64,000 bases of DNA, from the IMG/VR virus record IMGVR_UViG_3300027759_000001; one strand, given 5' to 3'. Position numbers and translations under genes: made by a program. Every line of letters starts with the position of its first letter. The first letter of the stretch is position 1. Shown piece by piece: positions 48,198 to 57,259 of the stretch. The notes beneath the pieces are model-generated. The model was not told the DNA's origin. It saw only the letters and a program-made list of their open reading frames with translations, and did no database searches. The DNA is from a virus. Taxonomy: Duplodnaviria > Caudoviricetes.

Positions 48198-50570
48198 ATG
48201 GACTTGTTCAACCCACCAAGATTATTTAATTACAATATAATGATAAAAGATTTAGACTTTTCAAAGTACGAAAATCCTACAATACAAGTTGTATGGGAAG
48301 ACCTACAAGAAAATTTCACACAAGATAAGATTAAGAGTGTTAAACATTATTTCCAAAAGAAATATAACACTACCAATGTGAATGTATTAACCAAGGTTAA
48401 AAACGTTGAGACAGATACAATGCAAAGTATTGATGTGTCTGTTAATGTAACTGATGTTAATTATCAACTTGATCTATTAAAGAAATTTTTAGAGTCTAAA
48501 GGGTATACTGACTATACTGAAGATATTTTAGGTATCAACAGAATGGTTGAGAACCGAATGAAAGAGGATGAAACTGAAACAACACAATTCAAAAAGTGGT
48601 ATATCAGAAACATTGAGTTTTCAAACTTCTTATCATATGGTGAGAATCAAAGAATGGATTTTGATAAATGCAACGGGGTTGTCGTTGTTGAATCAGATCC
48701 ACCTAACTTTGGTGGGAAGACCGTTCTTTCTGTGGATTTGTTGTTGTTCTTATTCTTTAATGAGACAACAAAGACTACAAAGGCTGAAGAAATCTTTAAC
48801 CGATTTACCGATAAAGACTCGGTAGTTGTTAAAGGTGAAGTTACAATTGATGGGGAAGATTATATTATCCTTAGAAAGATTGAAAGAAAACTTTCTAAAA
48901 AAGGAGAATGGAATGTGAAAACAGAATTGGACTTCTTCAAAAAAATGACCGATGGTAGTTTATTAAATTTCACGGGGGAACAAAGAAGGGAAACTGAGGC
49001 GTTCATTAAAAATTCCATTGGAACCAAAGAAGATTTCTTAATGACCATACTTACAACCGCAACCAATCTTGAGGAGTTATTGGAGTCAAAACCAACCGCA
49101 AGAGGACAGGTGTTGTCAAGATTTATGGGACTTGAGTTTTTAAAACGGAAAGAGGAAGTTGGTAAAGAGATTTATTCTGAATTTAATAAATCAAAGATGT
49201 CTAACATTTATAATTCGGAAGAATTAAAAGGTGATAACGGATCTTTAACAACAAAAATCGGTGAATTAAATGATCAAATTGATTTAATCAAATTGGAACT
49301 TAACGATATTGATGATAAAATCGTTAAGGGAAAAGAATATCGTGATGATATGTTGAAGAAGAAACACGGAGACATTGATAAGGAAATCAGTTTGATGAAC
49401 CCGGTTAAGACTCAAGAAGAAATCAATGGTTTTGAAATAGAAAAGACAACGTTCCAACAAAATTTAGGTGAACTTAAAGTTGTTGAACCAAAAGAATTTT
49501 ATCATGAGGATGATCACGATAAAATTAAAGAGGAATACAATGACGTGTTCAAATCTAAAATTGAACTTGAGACACAGATAAGAGAAATTGAGAAATTGAA
49601 GAGTTCTGTGAGTGATGGTATTAAATGTGAACATTGTGGAATTGAGTTAATGAATGCATCAATAACCCAACAAAAAATTGCCGAACTTGATGGTTATATC
49701 GTGCATAAAGACCAAAAAGATGGGTTAATGCAGGTTTTAACAGGCAAAGAACAAGCTTTTGTTCAGTTAAAGAAAGACTTTGATGAGTATGAGAAAAACA
49801 AACTTATCAAAGAGAAATACGAATTAAGTATTGAAAGTTGTGATTTAAAGATTGGAGTTTTAAAAGGTAAGTTGGATCGTTGGGGTGATGTTCAGGATAA
49901 GATTAAAGAGAACACACAGATTGATTCAATGTTGATTAAGGCGGATTTAAGGTTGGATGAACTTGATCATCTTAAAAGACAAAAAAACACAAACATTACA
50001 AACAATGAATACCAAATCAAAACTTGTAATGAAAATATTGAAAACAATGAAAAGTTAATTGTTAAGATCAAAGAGGAAGAGGAGAAGGAAAGAATATACA
50101 AAATCTATATGGAAGCCTTTGGTAAAAATGGATTATCAAAAATCATTATGAAAACAATGATGCCTTTGATTAACTCTGAATTACAAAGATTGATGGAAGA
50201 TAGTTGTTACTTTAAATTATTGATTAATATAAATGACAAAAATGATGTTGAATTCTTAATGATTGATAATAGTACTGGTATTGAAAAATTAATGGTTTCA
50301 GGATCAGGATATGAAAGAACAATTGCATCATTAGCATTACGATCGGTACTTAGTAAGGTATGTACTTTACCTAAACCAAACATCGTAGTTTTTGATGAGG
50401 TATTTGGGAAAATATCAAATGATAACCTTGAAATGGTATCTGAGTTTTTCCAAAAAATTAAAGAATATTTTGATAAAGTTTTCCTTATTAGTCATAACCC
50501 AATGATTAGTCAATGGTCGGATACTATCGTTAAAATCAAAAAAGAAAATAATATATCAAAAGTTTTGTAG
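48198..50570 (+). CDS. SbcC/Rad50/gp46-like ATPase with N-terminal extension
   Basis: IEFSNFLSYG, PNFGGKT, Zn hook CEHC, SGYE signature, VFDEVF, ISH. Confidence 0.92.
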   Translation: MDLFNPPRLFNYNIMIKDLDFSKYENPTIQVVWEDLQENFTQDKIKSVKHYFQKKYNTTNVNVLTKVKNVETDTMQSIDVSVNVTDVNYQLDLLKKFLESKGYTDYTEDILGINRMVENRMKEDETETTQFKKWYIRNIEFSNFLSYGENQRMDFDKCNGVVVVESDPPNFGGKTVLSVDLLLFLFFNETTKTTKAEEIFNRFTDKDSVVVKGEVTIDGEDYIILRKIERKLSKKGEWNVKTELDFFKKMTDGSLLNFTGEQRRETEAFIKNSIGTKEDFLMTILTTATNLEELLESKPTARGQVLSRFMGLEFLKRKEEVGKEIYSEFNKSKMSNIYNSEELKGDNGSLTTKIGELNDQIDLIKLELNDIDDKIVKGKEYRDDMLKKKHGDIDKEISLMNPVKTQEEINGFEIEKTTFQQNLGELKVVEPKEFYHEDDHDKIKEEYNDVFKSKIELETQIREIEKLKSSVSDGIKCEHCGIELMNASITQQKIAELDGYIVHKDQKDGLMQVLTGKEQAFVQLKKDFDEYEKNKLIKEKYELSIESCDLKIGVLKGKLDRWGDVQDKIKENTQIDSMLIKADLRLDELDHLKRQKNTNITNNEYQIKTCNENIENNEKLIVKIKEEEEKERIYKIYMEAFGKNGLSKIIMKTMMPLINSELQRLMEDSCYFKLLININDKNDVEFLMIDNSTGIEKLMVSGSGYERTIASLALRSVLSKVCTLPKPNIVVFDEVFGKISNDNLEMVSEFFQKIKEYFDKVFLISHNPMISQWSDTIVKIKKENNISKVL

Positions 50571-50596
50571 TTAATTAGATTTTATTTGTATATTTG
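50564..50596 (+). promoter_or_regulatory. Bacteroidota-type promoter TTTG-21-TATATTTG
   Basis: Matches the -33/-7 consensus TTTG/TAnnTTTG; heads the operon containing the sigma factor. Confidence 0.7.
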
Positions 50597-50618
50597 TAAA
50601 ACAATTTAAAACACACAT

Positions 50619-51146
50619 ATGAATTACTTACTTTTTGTATACCACAATGAAGATATGAAAAACCCCGATGAGACAACTGCAAACATTGGGGCTGAGTTAT
50701 CAAAGATTATGTCATCAAACCAAGTTAAGTTTATGTTTGGTGATAAACATTCAATTTTCCACTTTGCAAGTGATTTCTCCGTTGATGAGATTGATGACTT
50801 CTTATGTTTAGTGTCTGTAGAATTTGAAAACTTTAATTATTTTCTAACACAAAAGACTAAAAATGTAGCATCTAACTTTGATGAAGACAACTTATTACAT
50901 TTACTTACGTTAAGAAATACCAATAAGAAAAAACAAACTCCACCTAAAAGTTTTGAATTTAAAATGGATTTTGGTAGTAATGAGGAGTTTGCTCGTATGT
51001 CAGAAACCATTATGGGTTTTGCACCTAAAAAAGTATGTACATTAACAATTGACGAACTTTTAGATAAGATAAACGATCAGGGGATCAATTCATTGACTGA
51101 AGAAGAAAAAAACAAATTAGACGAATATTCAAAAACAATTAATTAA
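50619..51146 (+). CDS. Hypothetical protein with C-terminal DUF6576-like helix pair
   Basis: IDELLDKINDQGINSLTEEEKNKL. Confidence 0.65.
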   Translation: MNYLLFVYHNEDMKNPDETTANIGAELSKIMSSNQVKFMFGDKHSIFHFASDFSVDEIDDFLCLVSVEFENFNYFLTQKTKNVASNFDEDNLLHLLTLRNTNKKKQTPPKSFEFKMDFGSNEEFARMSETIMGFAPKKVCTLTIDELLDKINDQGINSLTEEEKNKLDEYSKTIN

Positions 51147-51150
51147 ACAT

Positions 51151-51951
51151 ATGAAAGACAAAAATTTAGGGATTCCGATTAACCAAGAAGAGATTCAACA
51201 TTATCTAAAAGATATTCGTAGAATTAAAGTAATGACACCTGACAGAGAAAAAGAACTGGCGGTTAAGATGAAGGCTGATGATACTCCTAAACGTGAAAGG
51301 GAAAAAATTGAATCCGAGTTATTAGTTGGTAATTTACGTTTTGTAATTACGGTGGCCAAACAATATCAGAATCAAGGTTTGGATTTATCTGATCTAATTG
51401 CTGAAGGTAATTTGGGTTTGATGAAAGCGATTAAAAACTTTGATTGGCATAAAGATCTACGTTTTATATCATACGCAGTTTGGTGGGTTAAACAATCTAT
51501 CATCCAGTCGTTGAATGATAACGCAAGAACGATCAGACTTCCAGTTAATGTTGTTCAGGACCTACATAAGGCTAAGAAAGAAATTGCGATTACAGGTAAA
51601 GAATTAGAATTAAAGTTTTCATCATTACCGTCTATGATTGATTTGGATATGACAATCAATGATGAAGGTGACACATTGGTTGATATGATTGCTAATCCTA
51701 ACGCACTTGCTCCTGATGCGGGATTCAACACTAAAGATATGTTAAAGAACAAATTAATATCTTTATTAAATGTGTTAGATGAAAGAGAAAAAGTGATAAT
51801 TGAGGATTATTTTGGATTAAGTGGAACACCAAGAACACTTGAAGACATTGGTGGAGATTTTGGTTTAACTAAAGAACGAGTTAGACAGATTAAGGAAAGA
51901 GCCCTTAGAAGATTGAGAAATGAAAGTTCAGAACTATTTGATTACTTATAA
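51151..51951 (+). CDS. RNA polymerase sigma70 factor, Bacteroidota primary-sigma-like
   Basis: NLRFVITVAKQYQNQG, DLIAEGNLGL, FISYAVWW, TLEDIG..FGLTKERVRQI. Confidence 0.95.
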   Translation: MKDKNLGIPINQEEIQHYLKDIRRIKVMTPDREKELAVKMKADDTPKREREKIESELLVGNLRFVITVAKQYQNQGLDLSDLIAEGNLGLMKAIKNFDWHKDLRFISYAVWWVKQSIIQSLNDNARTIRLPVNVVQDLHKAKKEIAITGKELELKFSSLPSMIDLDMTINDEGDTLVDMIANPNALAPDAGFNTKDMLKNKLISLLNVLDEREKVIIEDYFGLSGTPRTLEDIGGDFGLTKERVRQIKERALRRLRNESSELFDYL

Positions 51952-51966
51952 AAAAAATAAAAAAAC

Positions 51967-52413
51967 ATGGGAAGTGTAATTGATTATATTGAATGTCCAA
52001 ATTGTAAACAAGAAGCGTTTAGCGATTTCTATTACAAAACAGGTGAAGATTATATAAATTGTGGTAGTTGTGGGTACCATTATGCTCAAACATTAAAAAG
52101 AGATGAGGATGGAAAATTTGTAACCGAAGATGGTACTGATAATTATAACTTTGATAATCTTATTATGGAAGTTTCGGAACTTAAAAATCCATTTGGTTCG
52201 TATCGTTTAAAAGTTTATCAGTCACCGGCAACTCAAGTTGGGTCATTTGAAACTGAGGAACAATATAATGAGTTTAAGTTACAAATTGAAGGGGATGTTG
52301 AAATTGAATTCTGTTCTGTGTCAAGATTTGTTGATGGTGAAATCAAAGTTGAAATGATAATTGATAATGGACCTAAGGTTGATTCTGCTGGATTTACAAT
52401 TGAGGATCGTTAA
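51967..52413 (+). CDS. Zinc-finger hypothetical protein
   Basis: CPNC...CGSC. Confidence 0.75.
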   Translation: MGSVIDYIECPNCKQEAFSDFYYKTGEDYINCGSCGYHYAQTLKRDEDGKFVTEDGTDNYNFDNLIMEVSELKNPFGSYRLKVYQSPATQVGSFETEEQYNEFKLQIEGDVEIEFCSVSRFVDGEIKVEMIIDNGPKVDSAGFTIEDR

Positions 52414-52424
52414 TTTAAAAAAGA

Positions 52425-52456
52425 TTTGGCAGATTGAAATAAAATACTTATATTTG
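52425..52456 (+). promoter_or_regulatory. Bacteroidota-type promoter TTTG-20-TATATTTG (also reads TTGGCA-17-TATATT)
   Basis: Upstream of a gene-free GC-rich tract. Confidence 0.7.
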
Positions 52457-52462
52457 TAAGAC

Positions 52463-52602
52463 AAACGAAAAGGGTTGAACCGAGATTACCCTTACAACTC
52501 GGCGGAATGAGACACGATGTTCTCTGGGTGAAAATCCTCAATCTTACTCGTGATGTAAGATGAAATTACACTCCCCCATTGGTACCAGTGGGGGTTTATT
52601 TT
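52463..52602 (+). ncRNA. Candidate structured small RNA (H-type pseudoknot plus hairpins)
   Basis: Flanked by promoter and terminator; 44% GC (62/140 nt in 52461-52600); AAGGGT/ACCCTT crossed by CCGAG/CTCGG. Confidence 0.55.
52573..52602 (+). terminator. Rho-independent terminator, possibly bidirectional
   Basis: CCCCCATTG-gtac-CAGTGGGGG followed by TTTATTTT. Confidence 0.9.
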
Positions 52603-53015
52603 GCGGTAATAACTAGTTGACCTCTACCGACATAAAAATCAGACTTCCGCATAACGGTTTTAATAATAAGATTAAATTCGTAAGGATTAACTTCTTGTAT
52701 TAGAATTGGAATATTAAGAAGGTTTGATTCATCTTTAATTACAAACTCAACACCATCATATAATTCACCAATGACAATATATTGTACGATATCATCCTTT
52801 ACCTTATCTACTGATTTTAAGATATCATAATCTCTAATTGCATCACCACCTTCTGAAAAATGTCTTGTTTTTCTCGTTTCCGCATGGGACTTCATTCCAG
52901 GTACATTTCCACGTTGGTATCTTAAATTCATGGTAACAGTAAGGTTTGCTTTGATCTCAGCAATCTTCTTTTCTAAGATTAAAATTTTACGTATTGATTC
53001 TCTAAGTAATGACAT
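52596..53015 (-). CDS. Hypothetical protein (139 aa), possible head-targeted protein
   Basis: N-terminal LLRESIRKILILE; TATTTATA on the minus strand at 53021-53028. Confidence 0.7.
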   Translation of the reverse strand: MSLLRESIRKILILEKKIAEIKANLTVTMNLRYQRGNVPGMKSHAETRKTRHFSEGGDAIRDYDILKSVDKVKDDIVQYIVIGELYDGVEFVIKDESNLLNIPILIQEVNPYEFNLIIKTVMRKSDFYVGRGQLVITAK

Positions 53016-53020
53016 AATTA

Positions 53021-53047
53021 TATAAATACCTTATATTGATATTTATA
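53021..53047. promoter_or_regulatory. Back-to-back putative late promoters (TATTTATA minus 53021-53028, plus 53040-53047)
   Basis: Divergent gene pair, each with the motif. Confidence 0.55.
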
Positions 53048-53064
53048 AATACAAAACAATTACT

Positions 53065-54288
53065 ATGAAAGAAAAATTTTTACCTTGGTTTTTATTATTT
53101 TGTGCTCTTGGTCTATCAGGAACTGCCGCTTATTATAGTGTGGTAGGATTATCAGTGGTATTTGTTGGTGTTGCGTTACCTGTAATCATTATGGGATCTT
53201 TTCTTGAGGTATCTAAGATTGCAATTGCCACATACTTACACGACAAGTGGAAAGAAACATACGGAGTCTTAAAGATATACCTTACAATCGCTCTAATAAC
53301 TTTATCTCTTATTACTTCACTTGGTATCTATGGTTTATTGAGTACTGGGTTTCAGGGGAATATTGCAAAACTTGAGATTAATCAAAAAAAGATTGCAAAT
53401 GTTGAAGTAAAGAAAACAAGATTTATTGAAATAAAAAACGAACAACAGAAAGAGAAAGATGTATTAGATAAGGACATTTCAAAGTTAAGAGATGGATTAT
53501 CTACCAATACCACAACACAATCTGTAGATAGAAAAACAGGTCAACTTATTACAAAGGCAAATAATGCTAACCGTAAATCATTTGAGGATCAATTAAAACT
53601 TACCACAGAAAATAGAGATAAGGTATCCACTCGTATTGATGGTATGAATGATAGTATAACTAAATTAGATATTGAAATACTTAATATGGAATCTGCTGAG
53701 TTGGAAGGTAGTGAGTTAGGATCTATTAAATACATTAGTGAGATTTCAGGTTGGGATATTAAACAAGTTGCAAACCTTTTCATTTTACTTTTAATTTTTG
53801 TATTTGATCCATTAGCAATTACATTAGTTATTGCGACTAACCAAGCATTTAAAAAAAATAAAAAAGAAAGTAGTACCATACATGATACCATACATGATAC
53901 CATACATGATGAGGTTGAAGTTCCTGAAAGTTACTTTCATAATTATACCCCCCAAGTCACCCCCCAAGTCACCCCCCAAGTCACCCCCCAAGTTACCCCC
54001 CAAGTTGAACCAATTGTAGTTGAAAAAATTGTTGAAGTTATTAAGGAAGTGGAGAAGATTGTTGAGGTCATTAAGGAAGTAGAAAAAATTGTTGAAGTAC
54101 CTGTAATAGTACATAGAGATCCATTAAATATTATTGAGGTAAATACTTGGGAACCAACATTTGCTGATAATATGTCTGAGGAAACTGAATATGATATGAT
54201 TAGTAATGGAACGGGTGGTGAGTCAACAACTACCACAACAACTGATGATGGTATTAAAAGATTAGTTTATAAAAAGAACGATGAATGA
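53065..54288 (+). CDS. Multi-pass membrane coiled-coil protein with repeat-rich tail
   Basis: Three N-terminal TM helices, coiled coil, fourth TM, IHDT/TPQV/EKIVEV repeats. Confidence 0.75.
   Translation: MKEKFLPWFLLFCALGLSGTAAYYSVVGLSVVFVGVALPVIIMGSFLEVSKIAIATYLHDKWKETYGVLKIYLTIALITLSLITSLGIYGLLSTGFQGNIAKLEINQKKIANVEVKKTRFIEIKNEQQKEKDVLDKDISKLRDGLSTNTTTQSVDRKTGQLITKANNANRKSFEDQLKLTTENRDKVSTRIDGMNDSITKLDIEILNMESAELEGSELGSIKYISEISGWDIKQVANLFILLLIFVFDPLAITLVIATNQAFKKNKKESSTIHDTIHDTIHDEVEVPESYFHNYTPQVTPQVTPQVTPQVTPQVEPIVVEKIVEVIKEVEKIVEVIKEVEKIVEVPVIVHRDPLNIIEVNTWEPTFADNMSEETEYDMISNGTGGESTTTTTTDDGIKRLVYKKNDE
53874..54006 (+). repeat. Two 12-nt VNTRs: TACCATACATGA x3 (53874-53909) and ACCCCCCAAGTY x5 (53947-54006)
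   Basis: Read directly from the sequence. Confidence 0.95.
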
Positions 54289-54883
54289 TGAAAACGTTAT
54301 AAAATTCGGAGACTTCAATTATGAAGGTGAGGAAAAAAATAAAAGTCAAATTATTTTATCACACACTTCAAGGGTTGCAACAGATTATATAAATGCGTTA
54401 AAATATAGGTACGGTAAGAAATACAATAAAGTTCCTAATTATATAATCACTCGTGATGGTAAGATAATAGAACTATTGGAACCAAAAAAATACTCCAAAT
54501 ATATAAATGATGAGAACATATCCAAGAAATCAATAACGGTTTCTTTGGAAAATTTAGGTTGGTTAGAAAAAGAACCATTAAAAAATAGATACATTAACTG
54601 GATTGGTAATATTTATAATGGAAAGGCTTTTGAACGTAAGTGGAGAGATTATTTTTTATGGCAACCTTATACTGAAGTTCAAATTGATAGTACCATACTA
54701 ATATGTAAAAAACTAATGGAAGATTTTAACATTAGTAAAAAATGTGTAGGTCACAACACCAAAGTAAATGGTGTGAATCAATTTGATGGTATTGTTACCA
54801 GAAGCAATTACACCACAGATGTTACGGATCTAAGTCCGGCATTTGATTTTGATTATTTTAAAAAAAATATAGAAGATGAATAG
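54281..54883 (+). CDS. N-acetylmuramoyl-L-alanine amidase (amidase_2 fold), partly degenerate
   Basis: IILSHT, YIITRDGKI, SITVSLEN, YTEVQ, TDLSPAFDF. Confidence 0.75.
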   Translation: MNDENVIKFGDFNYEGEEKNKSQIILSHTSRVATDYINALKYRYGKKYNKVPNYIITRDGKIIELLEPKKYSKYINDENISKKSITVSLENLGWLEKEPLKNRYINWIGNIYNGKAFERKWRDYFLWQPYTEVQIDSTILICKKLMEDFNISKKCVGHNTKVNGVNQFDGIVTRSNYTTDVTDLSPAFDFDYFKKNIEDE

Positions 54884-55475
54884 ACACGATGAAATAAAAA
54901 ATTTAATAGAGGCATCTAAAAAATTATTAAATAAAAATTTAATTACTGAGGATATTAACCGTATCAGAAAAAATCACGGATTAATATTGGAACAAGGTGA
55001 GCAAGGACCAACCGAAGATCAACCTAAAAACTATGAGACCGCAGAAGATGGGATGGGAGATAAAGAAGAAAATACGGATGTTGTAAAAACTGACAAGTCA
55101 AAGGGTTATAGAATATCTGGTGGTATTATTGTTATTCATGGTAAAGATAAATCTGACTTACAATTAACTACTGACGATAAGAAGGCGTTCCAAGAAACTA
55201 TGGATGATTTTGTTACTGAGGTATCTGAAATTGTAGACTTTAATAAATTAAATCTATACTCAAACAATGTTGAGTGGTCAGGTAAGATTACTGAATTGGA
55301 TGTTGAGTTTTTCTATTCAATCGGGGAAACAAATGGTATATACATAAACGGTACAATGACTAAGATTGATGACGATTATTTAGAATTCTTAAATAAGTTG
55401 AAACAATACTATGAGAAATTCAAATCTAAGTGGTCTAAAGTAATTGCATCAAGAAAGAAAACTCCTGAGTCATGA
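54876..55475 (+). CDS. Hypothetical protein (199 aa), possible internal head protein
   Basis: LITEDINRIRKNHGLILEQ N-terminus. Confidence 0.6.
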   Translation: MNRHDEIKNLIEASKKLLNKNLITEDINRIRKNHGLILEQGEQGPTEDQPKNYETAEDGMGDKEENTDVVKTDKSKGYRISGGIIVIHGKDKSDLQLTTDDKKAFQETMDDFVTEVSEIVDFNKLNLYSNNVEWSGKITELDVEFFYSIGETNGIYINGTMTKIDDDYLEFLNKLKQYYEKFKSKWSKVIASRKKTPES

Positions 55476-55825
55476 AAAAGTTTTTAAATGATAATTTCAA
55501 GTACATTTTAATTGTTGTTGGTGCGGTGGTATTATACGTATTACTATTGGATCTAATGAAACCATCAAATGGTATGACTAAAGAAGATCTAAAGAAAATA
55601 GAACAAATAGATAAAGACATTAATTTGTTGATTGAAAGTCAAAAGAAATTAGACGAATCAATTAATGAGTATAAAAAACAAATTGAGAAAATTGATTCAA
55701 CAATATCTAACATCAAAGTTAAAAAGGAAGTAGTAAATAATTACTACGAACAAAAAGGGAAAGAGATTAAAGATGCTAATGTTAAACAAGTTGATAGTTT
55801 ATTAAGATCAAGATATAAATTTTAA
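55472..55825 (+). CDS. N-terminally anchored coiled-coil protein (i-spanin-like)
   Basis: One TM helix plus coiled coil, near the amidase. Confidence 0.45.
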   Translation: MKKFLNDNFKYILIVVGAVVLYVLLLDLMKPSNGMTKEDLKKIEQIDKDINLLIESQKKLDESINEYKKQIEKIDSTISNIKVKKEVVNNYYEQKGKEIKDANVKQVDSLLRSRYKF

Positions 55826-55827
55826 GT

Positions 55828-56238
55828 ATGAAAAATATAATATCAGTATTATTTCTTTTGGTGTCGTTGACATCATTTAGTCAAATCAAAAAAGTTGACA
55901 CAACTGAAATATGTTTACCTTATAGTGTTGGTAAACAAATTATGTTGGATCTAAATAGATTAGATTCCACAACGGCAATCCTTAAATTAACTGAGACTGA
56001 AGTTATTGAATTAAATAAAAAAATAGATGCTCAACAAGGAATTATTGGGAATTTAGAAGATAAAGTTAAGATAGGTGATACAATAGTTCAAAAAACTAAT
56101 GAGAAATTTGATATCGTTGATAAAATAAATAAAGATTTAGTTACCGATAACAAAAAATTAAGAAGAAAGAATGTAATTATAGAAATAGTCTCAGGTATTT
56201 TAATTGGGGCATTAACCTATCAAGTAGTAACACAATAA
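55828..56238 (+). CDS. Signal-peptide coiled-coil protein with C-terminal TM (spanin-like?)
   Basis: SFS|Q signal; C-terminal IIEIVSGILIGALTY. Confidence 0.45.
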   Translation: MKNIISVLFLLVSLTSFSQIKKVDTTEICLPYSVGKQIMLDLNRLDSTTAILKLTETEVIELNKKIDAQQGIIGNLEDKVKIGDTIVQKTNEKFDIVDKINKDLVTDNKKLRRKNVIIEIVSGILIGALTYQVVTQ

Positions 56239-56483
56239 TGGCATTAACACAAACAGATAAAAAAGAAATTGAAACTTTAATTAGAAAAGAAATGAAAGAT
56301 TTCTTGGGATCTACTACTGCCAAACAATTTGAAGATAAATTAATTGAAAAAGTCTCTAAAGACATGAAAAGAGGTAAACTAGAAGGTGATATTAAAGATA
56401 TCGTTGTGAAATCATTCAGAGAATTTTTTACAATGATGTTCCATCAAAGAAGTTTCTGGGAATCTAAATTTAGAAGTTCATAA
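56238..56483 (+). CDS. Hypothetical protein (81 aa)
   Basis: TAATG coupling. Confidence 0.75.
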   Translation: MALTQTDKKEIETLIRKEMKDFLGSTTAKQFEDKLIEKVSKDMKRGKLEGDIKDIVVKSFREFFTMMFHQRSFWESKFRSS

Positions 56484-57259
56484 TGGATGAGATAACTGCA
56501 AAAATTAGAGATATGATATCTAGTCAGACTTCGGGTAATCCTGAAGCGAGAACAAATGCTTTAAAAGGTCTTAAAAATGTTAAAGAAAATGATGAGGGGG
56601 AAAAAAGAAATGCTCCACAAGATTATTTAAAAGATCCAAATGGGTTAAAGTTAGTTTTTGAATTAGCAAAACAAAAAAAAACTAATAAGGCAACAATAAG
56701 AAGAGAGATAAAGAAATTGTTAAAAAATCCTGAAGAGATTAATGATTTTTTAAATTCAATACTTTCATTCGTTAAATCTAAAAAAAGTAACGATAAAGAA
56801 GAAACAAAAGAAATGACAGGGTCAGGTAGTGCGGGTGGTTATTCGGCTCCATTATTTGGTCGTGAAATGAAAGAAAGTGTTTGTAAGATTTGTGGTATGA
56901 AAAACTGCAAATGTCAGGACAAAAAACATGGTAATACACCAAGAAGAGAAACAAAAGAGGCCACAGGATCGGCATCATCGGGTCAATACTCAGGACCCTC
57001 GGTATGGGCAAAATCAACCAACAAAAAAGATTGGGGAACAAAACGTAAAACACAAATACCTGGAGGTAAGTTTGTTCAAGTTAAGAAAAAGTGTAAAAAG
57101 TTTCCTTATTGTAATCAGGGGGATATTAACGCACTTAGAATCTTTGAAAACGAGACTCTTTCAAAAGTAATAAACGATTTATCAGATAGATACCAAATTC
57201 ATGAAGATTTCATAAAAGAAATAATCTTCAATGAGATGTCAAAAAGGAATTTAATGTGA
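56483..57259 (+). CDS. Hypothetical protein, probable internal head protein
   Basis: Twin KE(M/A)TGS.S.G.Y..P motifs; CKICGMKNCKC. Confidence 0.55.
   Translation: MDEITAKIRDMISSQTSGNPEARTNALKGLKNVKENDEGEKRNAPQDYLKDPNGLKLVFELAKQKKTNKATIRREIKKLLKNPEEINDFLNSILSFVKSKKSNDKEETKEMTGSGSAGGYSAPLFGREMKESVCKICGMKNCKCQDKKHGNTPRRETKEATGSASSGQYSGPSVWAKSTNKKDWGTKRKTQIPGGKFVQVKKKCKKFPYCNQGDINALRIFENETLSKVINDLSDRYQIHEDFIKEIIFNEMSKRNLM

Noticed and set aside
52463-52602. Assignment of the RNA to hammerhead, HDV/theta, pistol, twister, SAH riboswitch, tmRNA or tRNA
   Set aside because: Required cores (CUGANGA/GAAA, nested P3/P1.1, GAGCGCUGC, acceptor and T arms) are not found by eye
53589-54236. Several overlapping short ORFs around the VNTRs
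   Set aside because: Products of low-complexity repeats in other frames
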